Below, piece after piece: positions 63,774 through 64,000 of a stretch of DNA of 64,000 bases; the first letter of the stretch is position 1; the number at the start of each line of letters is the position of its first letter. Under the pieces are notes generated by a model. That model was not told the origin of the DNA. It made no database searches and saw nothing but the letters and a program-made list of their open reading frames with translations. The stretch comes from Mizuhopecten yessoensis (lineage: Eukaryota). The DNA is taken from the NCBI RefSeq assembly GCF_002113885.1, contig NW_018408787.1, forward strand, positions 898,314-962,313, read 5' to 3'. The position numbers were made by a program, and so were the translations under genes.

Positions 63774-64000
63774 TGAAATATCGAAGTCACCTTAGAAATG
63801 AGTCCCGGTAAGACTGTAGCCACCAACGGGGCTAAAAGAGCCGTGATAAATCCACCCTTTTGAATGATTTTCTTCTTTTTACTTATAGCTAGTTTTTTTC
63901 TTAAGATCTGCTGAGACAAACGTCTTATCTGCGGCGAATCTCTGGGATTTTTCATCAGCACGATGTAATGGGCGTTGAGATTGATGTTTCTGTGATACTT
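63770..64000 (-). pseudogene. In-frame deletion fusion: Polinton packaging (FtsK/A32-like) ATPase C-terminal motif joined to the small basic QxGGF protein
   Basis: Frame open from 64000: KYHRNINLNAHYIVLMKNPRDSPQIRRLSQQI (ATPase), then LRKKLAISKKKKIIQKGGFITALLAPLVATVL. Confidence 0.75.

Larger units (their letters stand above)
61745..64000 (-). mobile_element. Endogenous Polinton/Maverick (adintovirus-like) fragment, morphogenesis gene block; continues past the window end
   Basis: Compact co-directional intronless ORFs with overlapping stop/start codons, richer in GC and CpG than the flanks; penton and packaging-ATPase motifs. Confidence 0.88.

Overview
AT-rich, repeat-dense eukaryotic genomic DNA from an animal. 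The repeat families suggest a marine invertebrate, probably a bivalve mollusc (inference only). There is no prokaryotic operon, rRNA, true tRNA or CRISPR array. Most ORFs in the track are artefacts of tandem repeats. Supported content: (1) one apparently intact host gene, a two-exon Sulfotransfer_2 (CHST8-14/HNK-1ST-type) Golgi carbohydrate sulfotransferase, join(38713..38815,39421..40502), 394 aa. (2) A candidate spliced 98-aa orphan gene, join(29519..29588,33435..33661), which the ORF track does not assemble. (3) Four decayed LINEs. One is a near-full-length CR1-group copy (minus, ~41543-46260) whose ORF2 has a 2A-like StopGo motif hidden by a 1-nt deletion. Another is a Tx1/L1-group copy (minus, ~58860-61750) whose ORF1 has zinc-knuckle and SGNH-esterase remnants. 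(4) A decayed endogenous Polinton/Maverick (adintovirus-like) morphogenesis block at 61745-64000 (minus), running off the right edge. It contains a packaging-ATPase tail, small basic protease-substrate proteins, a small membrane protein and the minor capsid/penton gene. (5) Several MITEs, three of them from unrelated families with perfect 9-bp TSDs. (6) About a dozen tandem arrays, including a 5-kb 27-bp satellite with higher-order structure and a 1.3-kb TTAGGG-variant G-rich tract. I cannot claim a wholly new system from sequence alone. The best leads are the orphan gene, the Polinton block and the LINE 2A leader.
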